Origin: Octopus vulgaris | Taxonomy: Eukaryota | Direction of reading: 5' to 3' | Length of the DNA: 64,000 nt | Assembly (NCBI GenBank): GCA_951406725.2 | Contig: OX597824.1 | Coordinates: forward strand, 45,632,001 to 45,696,000 | Part shown: one piece after another, positions 36,501 to 49,824 of the stretch | Position numbering within the stretch: position 1 is the stretch's first letter | How the letters are laid out: every line of letters begins with the position of its first letter | Notes under the pieces: model-generated | Database searches by the model: none | What the model was told of the DNA's origin: nothing | The model's input: only the letters and a program-made list of their open reading frames with translations | Position numbers and translations under genes: made by a program

Positions 36501-38776
36501 AATATGCCATCTGTTAATTAGTCACAAATAAAGTTTATATCTATACCAAGAAATACTTCAACAGGAAACAGTTATTAACAAAGAATGACACATAACTGAA
36601 GGATCAATGTGGAGTACTCCATCTTATCAAATTCTACGCCTTCCTGTCTTTATGAGTATATACCACTGATTATAACTTGCACCATTTAAAAGCATGTATA
36701 AACCATCCTATTGCTTCAAAAGATCTTTTCTCTTGATTGGCTACATGGAACTCTAAGTAGCAGTTTGTAAAGATTTTTGGCTTCAATAGAATAATACTAT
36801 ATTTTTCTCTACCTTTGATATTTGAATGCTATTTTCTTCAACTTGTTTTGCACCTATATACCAGCATGTGTATGTGTAAGAAAGAATTTGTTCATGACAG
36901 CAGTTTCATATTCCACTATAACATCTCTCATAACTTCACTGTTGAATCAGACCAGAGAGCTGACCATTGAAGAAATGTCAGTCAGCGAGTATTAATAGAA
37001 AACACTATAAATTACATAGTATTTCCTATGAGATGAACTAGATTCTTCTTTACTATATTGATGAAACTATATACCAGATATAACATTCCCATATAAAATT
37101 TTCAGATGACAGTGAAGGAAGGGTGACAGAGCAGTTTTAGTTTCTCACTAAGATGTTTTCTAAACAAACAGCTGTCACTATTAATTTCACAAGTGCTCTA
37201 CATTATCCAAATCAAAACAAAGTCAGAGAGATAAATCTCTCCAGAAAAAAAAAGTCATATATTATCTATATTTGTAATCCATTCAACCCTTTTCAACAAT
37301 GCCAAAAGTTTTTCTTTCAAGAAAATCAAAGGCAAAAACATCTCATATATCCACTTTAATTGCCTGTTTCTTTAGTTATGTAGCTGTTCACATATTTTAC
37401 TTTTAAATAGTACGGTCTGTCCAAACTATTAATGTCAACTTTTGTATGACTGCCAACACTGCATTTGATCAGTGAGTTCATTCAAAATGTACATTTGTAG
37501 AATTGGTGTCCTACTTCTACTTATAAAACATATCTTTAACTCAATTTCAATGATTTTACACTTCAGTTCACTTATGTGTGTTGATTGTTCCATCTTCACA
37601 GATGATTGCCATCTCTCTGCGCTTCCTTGTTGTCAATGGCATTTCTGACCTTCTGTCTATGACCTGTCAGATGACTATGCAGTTGCACTGCAGTTCTGCA
37701 TACCAATGAAGCATAGGTGACAGACAAAAGTTGTAACTTCCACTAGATTGATTGGGTCACTTTGTGAGATATGATTCTATGTGAACCTTTCCAACACACT
37801 ACATACATTGAATCATCTGGTTTAGGAGGAAGGATGTTGCATACAGCTGATTTTTCATAGGGCTTCAAGTGGTTGATACACCCAGCCTTAAAAAGAAGTG
37901 CACAGCAATGCATTTCATGCCTCTAGCACTTTGTGTTCTCACTGATGTTCTAGTCACAGCCTCTCTTAAGACTTCTGTGCTCAAGTTATCCTCTCTTTAA
38001 AAGTTTTACAACCTTCCCTTATGGGTACCTTTAGTAGTGTCCACTTGTTGTAAACTTGAAATGTAATTAGATGAAATGCAACAATAGGAAGGATTACATT
38101 TCTGAAAAGGTCATATTACTCAAACAGTTATGTATCTCAGAAATAAGTGATTTTTCTGTATTTTAGAATTCTTCACTCAGAAATGTTTGTCTTGCATTTG
38201 GAATAGATCTGCTAGCATGGGTAAAACAGTTTGATTGGAGCTGGTAAGCTGGGGAGCTTCACTGGGCTCCAGTCTGTTTTGGCTTGGTTTCTATGGCTGG
38301 ATGCCCTTCCTAATGCTAATGACTTCAAAGAATGTACTGGGTGCCATTTACATGCCCCTGGCATGAGTGCCTTTTATGTGTTACTGGCACTGGTGCCTTT
38401 TAATGTGTCACTGGCACAAGTGCCTTTTAACGTGTCTCTAGCACGGGTGCCTTTTATATGTCACCAGCACGGGTGCCTTTCACATGTCACCATAAGGCTT
38501 CAAATTTCCAGTAGGATTTTTTTTTTGTGAACTTCATAACTTTCTTGGGGTCATTACCAATGTTAGTGAAGTAATTACACATATGGGACATTTGTTGACT
38601 ACGTTGAACAACAGCTTACTTCCTGTATCATATTTGTTATGACTTAAGTGTTCAATTTTGCTCTATAAATACTTTTATATTTTTCCTTTTGTCATTGGGC
38701 ATATTTTTCCTCTAATTTATTAAGTATATCTTAGAAGATACAGATTTCATTATTGCCCAATTTTCCTTTGCCTCCA

Positions 38777-38810
38777 TACTAATCACCAATCTTTTTCTTT
38801 TTTTTTTCAG
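38777..38810 (+). promoter_or_regulatory. Branch point, polypyrimidine tract and 3' splice site of the last SRP9 intron
   Basis: TACTAAT (38777-38783), then CTTTTTCTTTTTTTTTTCAG ending at 38810. Confidence 0.85.
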
Positions 38811-38909
38811 TGTGTACAATATAAAACAGAACATGCTCAGGACATAAAGAGACTGGAGAAATTAACAAATCAATTAATGAGGCATATGGCTTTAAAAGAA
38901 GGAAAATAG
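38811..38909 (+). CDS. SRP9: SRP9 terminal coding exon: CVQYKTEHAQDIKRLEKLTNQLMRHMALKEGK*
   Basis: Matches the SRP9 C-terminus (human [26 protein letters not shown], from memory). It has a strong acceptor and a TAG stop at 38907-38909. The supplied ORF track missed it. Confidence 0.95.
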   Translation, partial: CVQYKTEHAQDIKRLEKLTNQLMRHMALKEGK

Positions 38910-39370
38910 CTGCTATAAAGGAACCATGCTGCCTTTGTTTTGAGATCTTGATTTGTACAAATTGCAAAGAAGCAACTTTTTTAATGGGTGCTCTGGGAGA
39001 GGTGTCAAGGAGATATTTTCTTTTTTTTTTTTTAAGCATTTACTTTTCTTTCCCTTTCTTTATGTTATGATTTTTTTTTGTAGTTATTCAAAAATATTTT
39101 CATTTGGAAATTATCTAGTCTTTTCACAATCATGAAAACATTTTCATCTTCAACAAGTGTTGAAAACAAAAAATGAAACAAAGTAAAAGAAAATGAAGCA
39201 AATAAGTTAAAATTCTGAAGCTATTCTGCAATAATTTTTATATGTAAAAATTAATTTTTTTTATATATAAAATTTTTCTTCCATTTACAATTCTGTCCTT
39301 ATACTTTAACCAGATTTGCATCCAGCAACTAAACTAAAATTGTGGTAAAAAAAAAATCATAAATAATGGT

Positions 39371-39376
39371 AATAAA
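39371..39376 (+). terminator. Candidate polyadenylation signal of SRP9
   Basis: AATAAA ~460 nt after the stop in a U/A-rich, repeat-free 3'UTR-like stretch. Another AATAAA lies near 39569, and I cannot tell which is used. Confidence 0.4.
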
Positions 39377-41199
39377 AAATACTGATGGTATATTACCTGA
39401 AAATAATCAAAGTTTGTTAAACTTTTCCTTATTTAAAAAAAAAAGACATGATATTTTAAAAACATTCTGGAATGAGAAAATCATTTCATCAATTGTTTTC
39501 CTCTTCTGCAACATGAATCAATTCTCAAAAGGATGATTGAATGATTGTTTTGTATCATGCAACCACAAAATAAAGATTCCATCATTTTATCATTATTGTC
39601 ATATTATTTCTGCTTCTTTTTTTTCTCCTCTCCCCTCTTCCTTTGTAATATACCTTTCTCCAGTTTTATCAGATATGATCCAGTAAAATCATTTCAATTA
39701 TTTCCACTGAAAAAGGTAAATTCTTGTTACCCATCGAAACACATTCATGTAGTGACTGCATTGAGAATATACTGGATTGATTTAGCCATTGTTTTATTCC
39801 ACATGACTCAGAAAAGATTTGGACTCAGCATTGCAAGCTAACAAATTACTTCTCAGTTGCTGTATTAACTCATATGCTGAAAGACTCTCTATGTGGATGC
39901 TTGACCTGCTAGATATAGCAACCACATCTACAAATTAAAGTAGACATTAGATCATGTAATCACAGATTAACAAAATAGTCAAATGGTTACAGCTGGAATT
40001 TTATTGATTAAAGGTATGCTTGATTAGGGTTGATGGAGGATAAAAACAACCTGTTTTGTAGGTAAGTGGCTGCTCCCTTGAGATTTAAAACTAGTTGTCA
40101 AGGATGCAATGTAGTATTAGTGAGTGTGCATAAACTGTCAGTTCTTCTATTGGTAAGCCAACATTAACACTTTAGCATATCCAGCCATATCCAGCCTGAA
40201 TATTTTACCTGTTTTATGTTCACACTGGTCATATCTAGCCTCTCACATCTACCTTACAATGTCATTGTAAAAATAAACAATCACATCATTTAAATCTTAT
40301 CATTATGAAATAATGCATGATTAATTCAAAGCAATTTTAATGATTTTGCATTACATTTGGCTGAGTAATCTAAACACTAAAGGGTTAAAAGGTAAGTCAA
40401 CATTGTGAAGGTGCATGGCTCAATGGTTAAAGCATCGAGTTCCTGGCTCAGGCTGTGTGTTGTGTTCTTGAGCATGACACTTTATTTTATGTTGCTCTGG
40501 TTCACTCATCTGTAGAAATGAGTTGTAACATCACTGGTGCCAAGCAGTATCAGCCATTGCCTTTCCCTTGGATAACATTGCTGGCATGGAAAGGAGAGGC
40601 TGGTAAGCATGGGCAACTGCTGGTCTTCCATAAACAACCTTACCTGGACTTGTGCAATGTTCACTTTTCCATGCTTGTATAAGTTAGGCAGAATTTGTTA
40701 AAACAAATTTTCTGTAGCCAGATGCCCTTCTTATCACCAACTCTCACCTGTTTTCGACCAAGCTGATATTTCCCCATGGTCAGGTATTTTTTTTATGCAT
40801 GATAAGAAATGGACACCACTTGAATGATAGCGGCACTTATTTACAACTATCACACTATACCATAACAAAGAGGCATACATGCACAAACACACACACACAC
40901 ACACACACACATATGAGTTTCTGTCGGATTCCATTTACTAAATGCACAAATGCACTCTCAAGGATTTAGTCAGCCTAGAATTGTTGTAGAAGCCCAAGGT
41001 GCCAAGCACTGGGACTGAAACAGAAACCATGTAGCTGGGAAGCAAACTTTATCACACAGCCATACCTACTCATATTCATGCCTGTAAAATCCTGAAGCAT
41101 GAAACCCAAATATTTTATAATACTTCACTGATCAATTACACACCAGTCATACCATTGTATAGAAAGTTAGATATCTAACATATATATTCTTTTCTCCTC

Positions 41200-41403
41200 T
41201 AGGCACAAGGCCCGACATTTTTGGGAAGGGAGCTAATCAATTAGATCGACCCCAGTATGCAACTGGTCCTTAATTTATCAACCCTGAAAGAATGAAAGGC
41301 AAAGTCAATCTCGGTGGAATTTGAACTCAGGATGTAAAGACAGATGAAATCCCACTAATCACTTCACCTAGTGTACTAACGTTCCTGCCAGCTTGCCACC
41401 TTA
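41200..41403 (-). mobile_element. Family-1 SINE
   Basis: Reverse complement of the 6977-7209 head and core. Further copies at ~48935-49165 (-), 53490-53688 (-) and 61680-61880 (+). Confidence 0.85.
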
Positions 41404-41849
41404 ACATTTATATGTATTGTACGTAGAATCATCGAATGTGAGGTAGTAAAGATGTGTAGAGTATAATCAGGAGAAGAGGACCAGGATTCTCCTTGACTCA
41501 TTGTTGTGGATGATCCTCTCCAGGTTAATGTCTACTGAAAATGTGGGTAGAGTAGGAACCAGGGATGATGTTTGAATACTTAAAGTGGATTCTACTAAAT
41601 ATACCCATTGATCAGGTGGTAGTGTTAAAACTGGGTCGTATTGAGTTGTGGGTGGGTGATCTGTTGTAGAGAAAGACATGGTGGCACTGGACTTCGCTGA
41701 ACCAACGGAAGAGGAAGCAAATGCATTCAACCTATGATGGAATTATTCAGATGATTTTTTGACTTTTCAAATTATCCAAATGTGAAAGTCTCTCTCTGCC
41801 TCTGTTTTTCTCTCTCATACACATGTACTGCCCCACCACACACACACGC

Positions 41850-42137
41850 ACACCTGATCTTGCCCCCACTGGCTACCACTTCTTCCAGAATTTGGATAAC
41901 TTTTTGATAGGAAAAAAATTTTATTCTGACAATGCTGTAAAACAAGCCTTCCAAGATTTTATTGATTCAAGATTGCCAGGCTTTTACAGTTCCAGGCAGG
42001 ATAAGCTATCGCTGAAATGGCAAAAGTGTATTGACAATATGGGTGTGTACTTTGATGAATAAAACTATTCCTTGTATTTATAAAACATTAGCAAACTTTT
42101 TTTCTTTTCTACAAATTTCATACTTGATGACCTAATA
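41850..42137 (+). mobile_element. Mariner transposase C-terminal remnant plus right TIR
   Basis: PDLAPTGYHFFQNLDNFL...FY...KLSLKWQKCIDNMGVYFDE*, which corresponds to the mariner YSPDLAPxDY and W+KC...G.YF motifs. It ends ...GATGACCTAATA|TA. Confidence 0.88.
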
Positions 42138-42290
42138 TATACGTATTTGAATATATATTTATATATTTATATAAATAGATGAGTGTATTTTTACCTTGTT
42201 AACAATTAACACGGAAAAATAAATAAATAGTTACCAGGGCAGCAAAAATCTCACAAGTAAAATGTCCTATTGACGAGTTTTGTTTTTTTC

Positions 42291-42376
42291 ACTTTCCCGA
42301 AGAGAAGATTGCATTGTTTATACCATTTATTCTTTTGAATAGTATCAGTGGGATTTTCGAAACATGTGTCGAAAGT
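42291..42376 (+). ncRNA. Type I hammerhead ribozyme candidate, GUC cleavage site after 42370
   Basis: ACUUUC-CCGAAGA-GAAGAUU...GAUUUUC-GAAA-CAUGUG-UC-GAAAGU. Stem I is a perfect 6 bp, stem II is 7 bp plus extensions, and stem III is short with the palindrome ACAUGU. The only core deviation is U4->C. Confidence 0.7.
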
Positions 42377-42815
42377 AAAAATATTTGTTTACACCTGCGT
42401 TAACTCCATTTTTTATTCATATATATTTATATATATATATATATATATTATATAAATGGCAATTTCTTTCTGTCTGTTATCATCTTGCTGCTCAAACCAG
42501 GGAACCAATCTTCACCAAACTTTGTATACATGTTGAACTAACATCCAATTCAATCATAGGCTAATTGGATTTCAATAAAAATTGATAATGAACTGACTAT
42601 GGAGATTGGGTTATTACATGATAAAATGAGAGAGGCGCAAAAGTGTTAGGTTTAGGGAAATGTGGCATAATGAGAGTGGCTGATATCAGGTAAGGGAAGG
42701 AGACAGGAAGAGATAGACACACACAGGGAATGTGAGAGACAGACAGGGACATTTCCATATATACAAAAGAGAGTTTGTATGTGTGAGTGTGCGTATATGC
42801 ATATCTTCCTTATGC

Positions 42816-43803
42816 ATTTGAAAACTGAGTTGCCAATTTTGATGTATGGGGTATCAAAACATTCAGTAATCTTACAAAATAAATCTTACAAATAAACTTT
42901 ATTTTTATTACAAAAATTTTACATTATAATCTTTTCTATAAGTCAACTATCATAAGCATTTTATACCGCAGTGACAACAATGACGATGTTACATTTTCTA
43001 CATGAGTGTGTACCTTAAAAGACATTTATTTCTCTGTATGTTATGATAAAATACAATCACTCACTCTCTCTCTCTCTCTCTCTCACATGCACACATAATA
43101 CAAAAAAGATGTATGCATATGTATGTGTATATGAAAGATGTATGTGTGTGAGCCAGAGAGAGAGAAAGACCAAGTGGGTGCCACTCACACATACATGACA
43201 ACACACACCTTCACTCTCTCACGCACATACACGTCCATTTCATATACAGGTACATGCATCTTTCACTTTCTCCTCTCATTTTCTGCTCTCACTTCAAAGC
43301 AAATGTCACGGTTTCACTTTCTCTTCTCTTTCAATTTCTTCTCTCTTCAAAGCATAAAGAAATAAAAAATTTTTATGGAAATTAATGAATACATTTAAAA
43401 ACTGAGTTGCCAATTTTGACATATGGGGTATCAAAAGATTCAGTAATCTGTCAGTTAACAAATAAACTTTATTTTCATTTACATATTTGCATTACAAAAA
43501 TTTGACATTATAATCTGTCTGTAATTCAACTACCCCAAACAACATTTTATACCATGATGATGATGTCATGTTTTCTATATGAGTGTGTACCTTAAAAGAC
43601 ATCCATTTTTCTAAATGTTATGAGGAAATACAATCACTCACTTTCTCTTTCACATGCACATTCACTTATACATACAAAAAAAGATGTATGCATTTGTATT
43701 TATGTACATGTATATGAAAGATAATGTGTGTGAGAGAGCGAGTGAGTGGCACTTACACATACATGCAAAAAAACACATACATGTCAACACACACCTTCAC
43801 TCA

Positions 43804-43845
<42 letters not shown>

Positions 43846-43970
43846 CACACACACACACACACACACATCCATTTCATATACAGATACATCTTTCACATTC
43901 TCCTCTCTTTCACTTTCTGCTCACTTCAAAGCACAAAGAAATAAAAAAGTATTTTATGGAAATTAACAAA
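42816..43970. repeat. Diverged tandem duplication of a ~575-bp unit
   Basis: Both units start AAAACTGAGTTGCCAATTTTGA (42821, 43398) and end AAAGAAATAAAAAA...TTTTATGGAAATTAA. Confidence 0.85.
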
Positions 43971-44419
43971 CAATCATATTCCATATGATTAAGTTGACAA
44001 CTTACCTGCTTCAAATGAAAGAATGCCATAAAATAACTTCCTTTGACACACACACCCACACTCTACCTAAAACTTCTATATGAATTATGTTATTTTTTGC
44101 TATGTACGCATGCAAAATTACAGCTAAAATCCAATTGAAATCACCTTTTTCTATTCTGTAATTCCTGTTTGTGATGAGTGTATTTAAAAACCTGATCTTC
44201 GATATGAATTTAAAAGGAAGTTCTCCAAGGTAATATCCCTCCACCCATTTTTTTCCTAAATTTCTTCTGATTCCTATATTTTCAATACAGGAGATTAGGA
44301 TTTCGCCCAAAAAACATGTTCTCAATCCTTTAATTTTCTCAATTTCTTCATTTTTTACTTTCTTCAAATATTTCTCTTGGTAATCCATGGAGAAAAAACG
44401 GAGAGTACAAATCTTTAAC

Positions 44420-45150
44420 ATGTGTGTGTATCATCATCACCATGACTACCACTACCACCACCTTTAGGCAAGGTGTTGAGTGGAGCATATTTATATCTCT
44501 AAGAGAATGGTAGTGAAGAGAATAACAAACTGGACACTATTGGGGTGGGGTGTGCACGAAGGAGTATGAAATGGATAGAGGGAAGAGAAAGGATTTAGTG
44601 AGAAAGAGAGGGAAAAAGTTATAAGGTGATAAGACAGTTGTGTAGGTGGAAGGTAATTATGAGTATAAAGGTAAATATGAGTGGAAGGTGTGAGGAAAAT
44701 GGACAGAGAGGAATTAGGTGAGGGTGGTAAGGATCCTAAGAGTTATTGAAGGAAAGAGAAATGTAGGGTTGTAGAGTGTAGGCTAGAGAGGGAGAGATCA
44801 ATCTCTAAACAAAGCATTCTGTCAGTTACAGAACTTTCCTGAAAAACTCCCATCAATGAACTGTACCTTGTTATCATCAGGGCCCTCTGTTGGTTACACT
44901 GATGACTGTTCCAGTTGATTCAATCAACAGAACAGCCTGTTCCTGAAATTAACATGCAAGTGGCTGAGCATTCCACAAATATGCATACCCTTAAAGTAGT
45001 TCTCAGGAAGACTCTGTGTAACACAGAGTGTGACAAGGCTGGCCCTTTGAAATATAAGTACTACTCATTTTTGCCAGCTGGATGAACTGGAGGAATGTGA
45101 AATAAAGTGTCTCGCTCAAGGACACAATGTGCTGCCGGGAATCAAACTCA
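44420..45150 (+). repeat. ~720-bp dispersed duplication, copy 1
   Basis: Highly similar to 49825-50551. It consists of a purine-rich block plus a SINE fragment. Confidence 0.9.
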
Positions 45151-46519
45151 TAACCTTATGATTGTGATCTAAATACCTTAACCACTAAGCCACTTGTCTT
45201 CATGATCATTTGAAAATATGATGTTTGTATCATAGAACTAGGGGTAGTTTCAGGTGGTTTAGTATTGAAAAGTTTAACTCTGAATTTAATTCCTCCTGAA
45301 AATATTTTACCTTTCATTTCTCCAGGGTTGATAAAATATGTACCAGTAATGTACTGAACTGTTTAACTACATTTGTTCCCAGCAAAAGTTGTAAATCAAT
45401 ATTATACATCAAGTCATGTAATGTATAATAATATTGATGATGGCCAAATATGACTGGTCTGATGGGAAACATTGATCTGTCATCTGTTATATCTCAGACA
45501 TGATAATGGAGAAAGCTGAACTTCTGATCTGCCAACATAAATTAAGAGAAAAAGTTAGTTACAAGCAGGCAAAAGAAATTTATATCCAGCAGCTAAAAGC
45601 TTGCATAAACTATTTTCAATACTTAAGAAATAAGGACAGTGTATCATCATCATCATCATCATTTTAAAGTTTGCTTTTCCATCAATTTGAATTTGCTGAG
45701 GAAGACTCATCAAGCTGAGTAAAATGACAGTTGTGGCAGATACCAGTGTCACTCAAATGGCACCCATGCTGGTGGCATGTAAAAGCACCTATTACACTCT
45801 TGGGGTGGTTGGCATTAGGAAGGGCATCTAGCCATAGAAACCATGCCAAATCAGATTGGAGTCTGGTGCAGCCTTCCAGCTTGCCAGCCCAGTTAAATTA
45901 TCCAACCTATGCCAGTATGGACAACAGACGTTAAATGATGGTGATGATGATGATGATGAAGATTTTCTATGGCTGGATGCCCTTCATCTTCTTCCTGACC
46001 TTCACCTATTTGCAAGCAAGCTATTTCCCCATGGTTGGGTTTGTTTTCCACAGAAGATTGGTAATAAGATAAATGACATCACTTGTATGAGATTTACACT
46101 TGTTTACAACCATCATGCAATGTCAAGATGAGGAAAGACACACATACCACATACACACAGATCAGGTCAGGTATGGGGGCTTGCATTGTTGTAGTGCATT
46201 ACTACACCCACCATTTGTTGGTATTTGCTTGGGTCATCCTGGACAACCCTCCAAGCATTGTCAACCCCTATTTCCACAAGATACTTCCTCATCTGCCGTG
46301 ACCATGTGACATATGGCCAGCCAACATGAGCTGTTACCCCAACCAGATCCTCAGAAAAGAGAACACATAACAAGCATGTCCTGTAAGTTCACCATCATCA
46401 ATTATCCACAGGGAAAGTTCACTATCATCAATTCACTGCAGGGAAAGTTCATCGTCAACAATTCATCATTTTTTTTTCAATAAACTAGTTTCTAACTACT
46501 AATGGTGAGATACTATACT

Positions 46520-46918
46520 CTTTTACTTGTTTCAGTCATTTGACTGCAGTCATGCTGGAGCACCGCCTTTAGTCGAGCAAATTGACCCCAGGATTTATTC
46601 TTTGTGAGCCCAGTACTTATTCTATCGGTCTCTTTTGCCGAACCGCTAAGTGACGGGGACATAAATACACCAGCATCGGTTGTCAAGCAATGCTAAGGGG
46701 ACAAACACAGACACACAAACACACACATACATATATGTATATATATACACATATATATGACAGGCTTCTTTCAGTTTCCGTCTACCAAATCCACTCACAA
46801 GGCATTGGTCGGCGCAGGGCTATAGCAGAAGACACTTGCCCAAGATGCCACACAGTGGGACTGAACCCGGAACCATGTGGTTGGTTAGCAAGCTACTTAC
46901 CACACAGCCACTCCTGCA
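46520..46918 (-). mobile_element. SINE family 2, full length
   Basis: Reverse complement of the family-2 head and tail (CTTTTACTTGTTTCAGTCATTTGACTGC ... CCACACAGCCACTCCTGC). Further copies at 55590-56015 and 61945-62460 (+). Confidence 0.9.
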
Positions 46919-49824
46919 CCTATGGATATATTTTCTCAGTAAATTTTCCTCGTGGTGAACTTTCTTCACAGTGAATTGATGGTGGTGAACTTACCTGTAA
47001 TCCGTAACAGTATCTAACTTGGAAAAATCAAACAACGTGACCAATCTAAGCTGATGCTCCTGAATCATACAAGTAACTATAATCGTTGATTGAATACAAA
47101 ATCTGACCTATGGTAACCCATAATCCTGCTAAGCATCCTGGTGCCAAAGGAGTTCAGGTAGCATCTAAGGGCCTGAAACAGCGTCCAAGTCATGTGACTA
47201 TAGAGCAAGGCAGAGAGGTCTAGAGACTTGAAGACTTAAACCATTGCCCTTTTGCTCAGATATTGGCAACATTAAACACCCTTGTCCAAGGAGTCCACAA
47301 CTGTACCAGCACGTCCAACTCTTTTTAAGACTTGGGACTTGCAACTAATGCTACTATGGACCACATTGCTGAGGTGAAAGAAGCAGTCAACAACTATGAT
47401 ATTCTCACCTGCAATAGAGACAAACAAGATGAAGTTCCCCTCTTACACACACACACACACACATATATAGGATGATGTTCTTTCAGCTTTTATCTCACAA
47501 ATCCATTGACAAGACTTTGGTTGAAGATACCTAAAGTACCATGCTGTGGAACCGAACCTGAAACCATGTGGTTGAAGCAAGCTTCTTAATCACACAACTA
47601 TGCTTGCATGCAATGCTGTTTGTTAATATTGGTTTCAAATTTTAGCACAAGGAGGAGAGGAGGTAAGTTGATCACATGCCCCCACCACCACCACTAGTGT
47701 GTAACTGGTATTTATTTTATCGAGCCCAAAAGGATGAAAGGTAAAATTGACAGAGAATTAGCAATAAGTTGAACTTGCATACATGTAGACACCATAACCA
47801 AACCTTGTTACATGCTAGCATAATATTGTACCCTTCAAACTACCTGGGCACATTTCTATTCAAATAAATCTGTTGAAAAAAAGAAGATCTTACCCCTAGC
47901 TTGTTTCAATGTAAGTTATTAGGAAAAATGAAAATAATGTCATTGTAAAAATTCATGCAAATATTAAAATTTGTAGGAACATTGAACCTATTAAAACATT
48001 GTGGAGGTGAAAGAGGAAGGCTGACATAAAAAATATGTGCTTAAAAATTATAGTGTAAATATATGCATATAATCTAAACATTCATATATGAATGTGTATG
48101 AGTACACAGATATAGTCGACAAAACTAGTATTAAATAGCCTTCATGTGGTAGCTATAAAAATAGAAATCTTATAACAAAAAAGTAGTAAGTGAATAAATA
48201 AAAACTAAAGTTTGTGTTAACAGTTATAGTGTTGGAGATAATCTCAATGAATTAACCATTCTTTTGCACTTTAATGGAGCTCCAAACATAGAGCAACAAA
48301 TGCTTAAAAACAAACAAAAAGCAAAAAATGACTTGGAGAGAGAGATGGGAGAGAATAAGATGCAATTGTTCTTTCTATTTTTGCTTACCATTGTCTGAAG
48401 ATATGTATGTGTGTGTGTGTGTGTGTTATAAGCTTGGGAATGTATGGATCTTTTATATTCAAGTGTTATGTATGTTGTTTTCATGTATGGGTTCATACAT
48501 CTGTATGTTATCCTACAGATTTAGATTTATATGCTTCTGTTATCTATATATTTTTTTTGTCTGTATGGGCCATATATATTTGTGTATCATGTACATGCTT
48601 ACAGACAAGTGAATATATGGATCATATATATTCAAATGTTATGTGTTACATTATGTGTATATACAGCTTCATATATTTCTACATAATCTATATATTTATA
48701 TTTATATATTATGTTATTTATATTTTTGTAACTGTTTTACCTTTCCCTTGGATAACAGTGATGGTGTGAAGAGGAGAGGCTAGTATGCATGGGTAACTGC
48801 TGATCTTCCATATACAACCTAGCCTGGAATTGTGCTTCAGAGGGTAACTTTCTATGTGCAATCCCATGGTAATTCATAACTGAAAGGGGTCTTTACCCTT
48901 TTATATGTTTGTAGATGTATGGGTTTATGTATTTATTTCTTTATTGCCAACAAGGAACTAAGTATAGAGGGGATAAACAAGGACAGACAAAGGGATTAAG
49001 TAAATTACATCGACCCCAGTGCATAACTGGTACTTATATTTAATAGACCCCCAAAAGAATAAAAGGCAATGTCGACCTTGGCAGAATTTGAACTCAGAAC
49101 ATAACGGCAGATGAAATACTGCTAAGCATTTCACCTAGTGTGCTAATGATTCTGCCAGCTTGCCACACTGTATGGGGCTATATATTGATATGCTTATGTG
49201 TATTTGGGGGGTCTATATATGCATATGTTCCTAGTAACAAATGAAACATATGTAATGGTGCATAAATAATAGCAAGACATCTTCCAACTTCCTGTCTTGT
49301 TATATAATAACTCTGCAAACAATATTTCCAGAATTTTCAACTCTGATGATGATGATGATGAATATGTAACTCACATCAATACAATGAAAGTAAATATGTA
49401 CTGGATTGTAATACTAGAGTAAGTAGATGGGCTTCAAGAGGACACAGCTTGAGTTTTACCCTACCCACATTATATGCATGTTCTTTATATGTTTGTGTGA
49501 ATGTTTGCATATGTAAGCATATGTGAGTGTAGAATATGTCTGATGAACTGAGATTTCAATCTGAACTCAGTTCCCAATTGCATCAGCTATTTCACTTATT
49601 TCCCTTGAGAAACCCTTGAACATCATAATTCCTATTCCTCATTTCCCTGAAGTGAATGGTAATGGTCAGTTATAGATGGATACTTCTGAATGTGAAAGTT
49701 AACAAATTGATTATTTTGCATTCTTGCAAGAAAATAAATAAATTACCTTATTTTGCGCGTGCATGTGTGTGTGTGTGTGCGTGTGTGTGTGTGTGTGTGT
49801 GTGCGTGTGTGCGTGCATGCATGT

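Noticed and set aside
38779-39039. 86-aa minus-strand ORF
   Set aside because: It is the antisense shadow of the SRP9 last exon and its poly-T tracts.
44011-44421. 136-aa minus-strand ORF
   Set aside because: It is AT-rich with no recognisable motif or supporting splice structure and lies next to TE-derived sequence; unsupported without a search.
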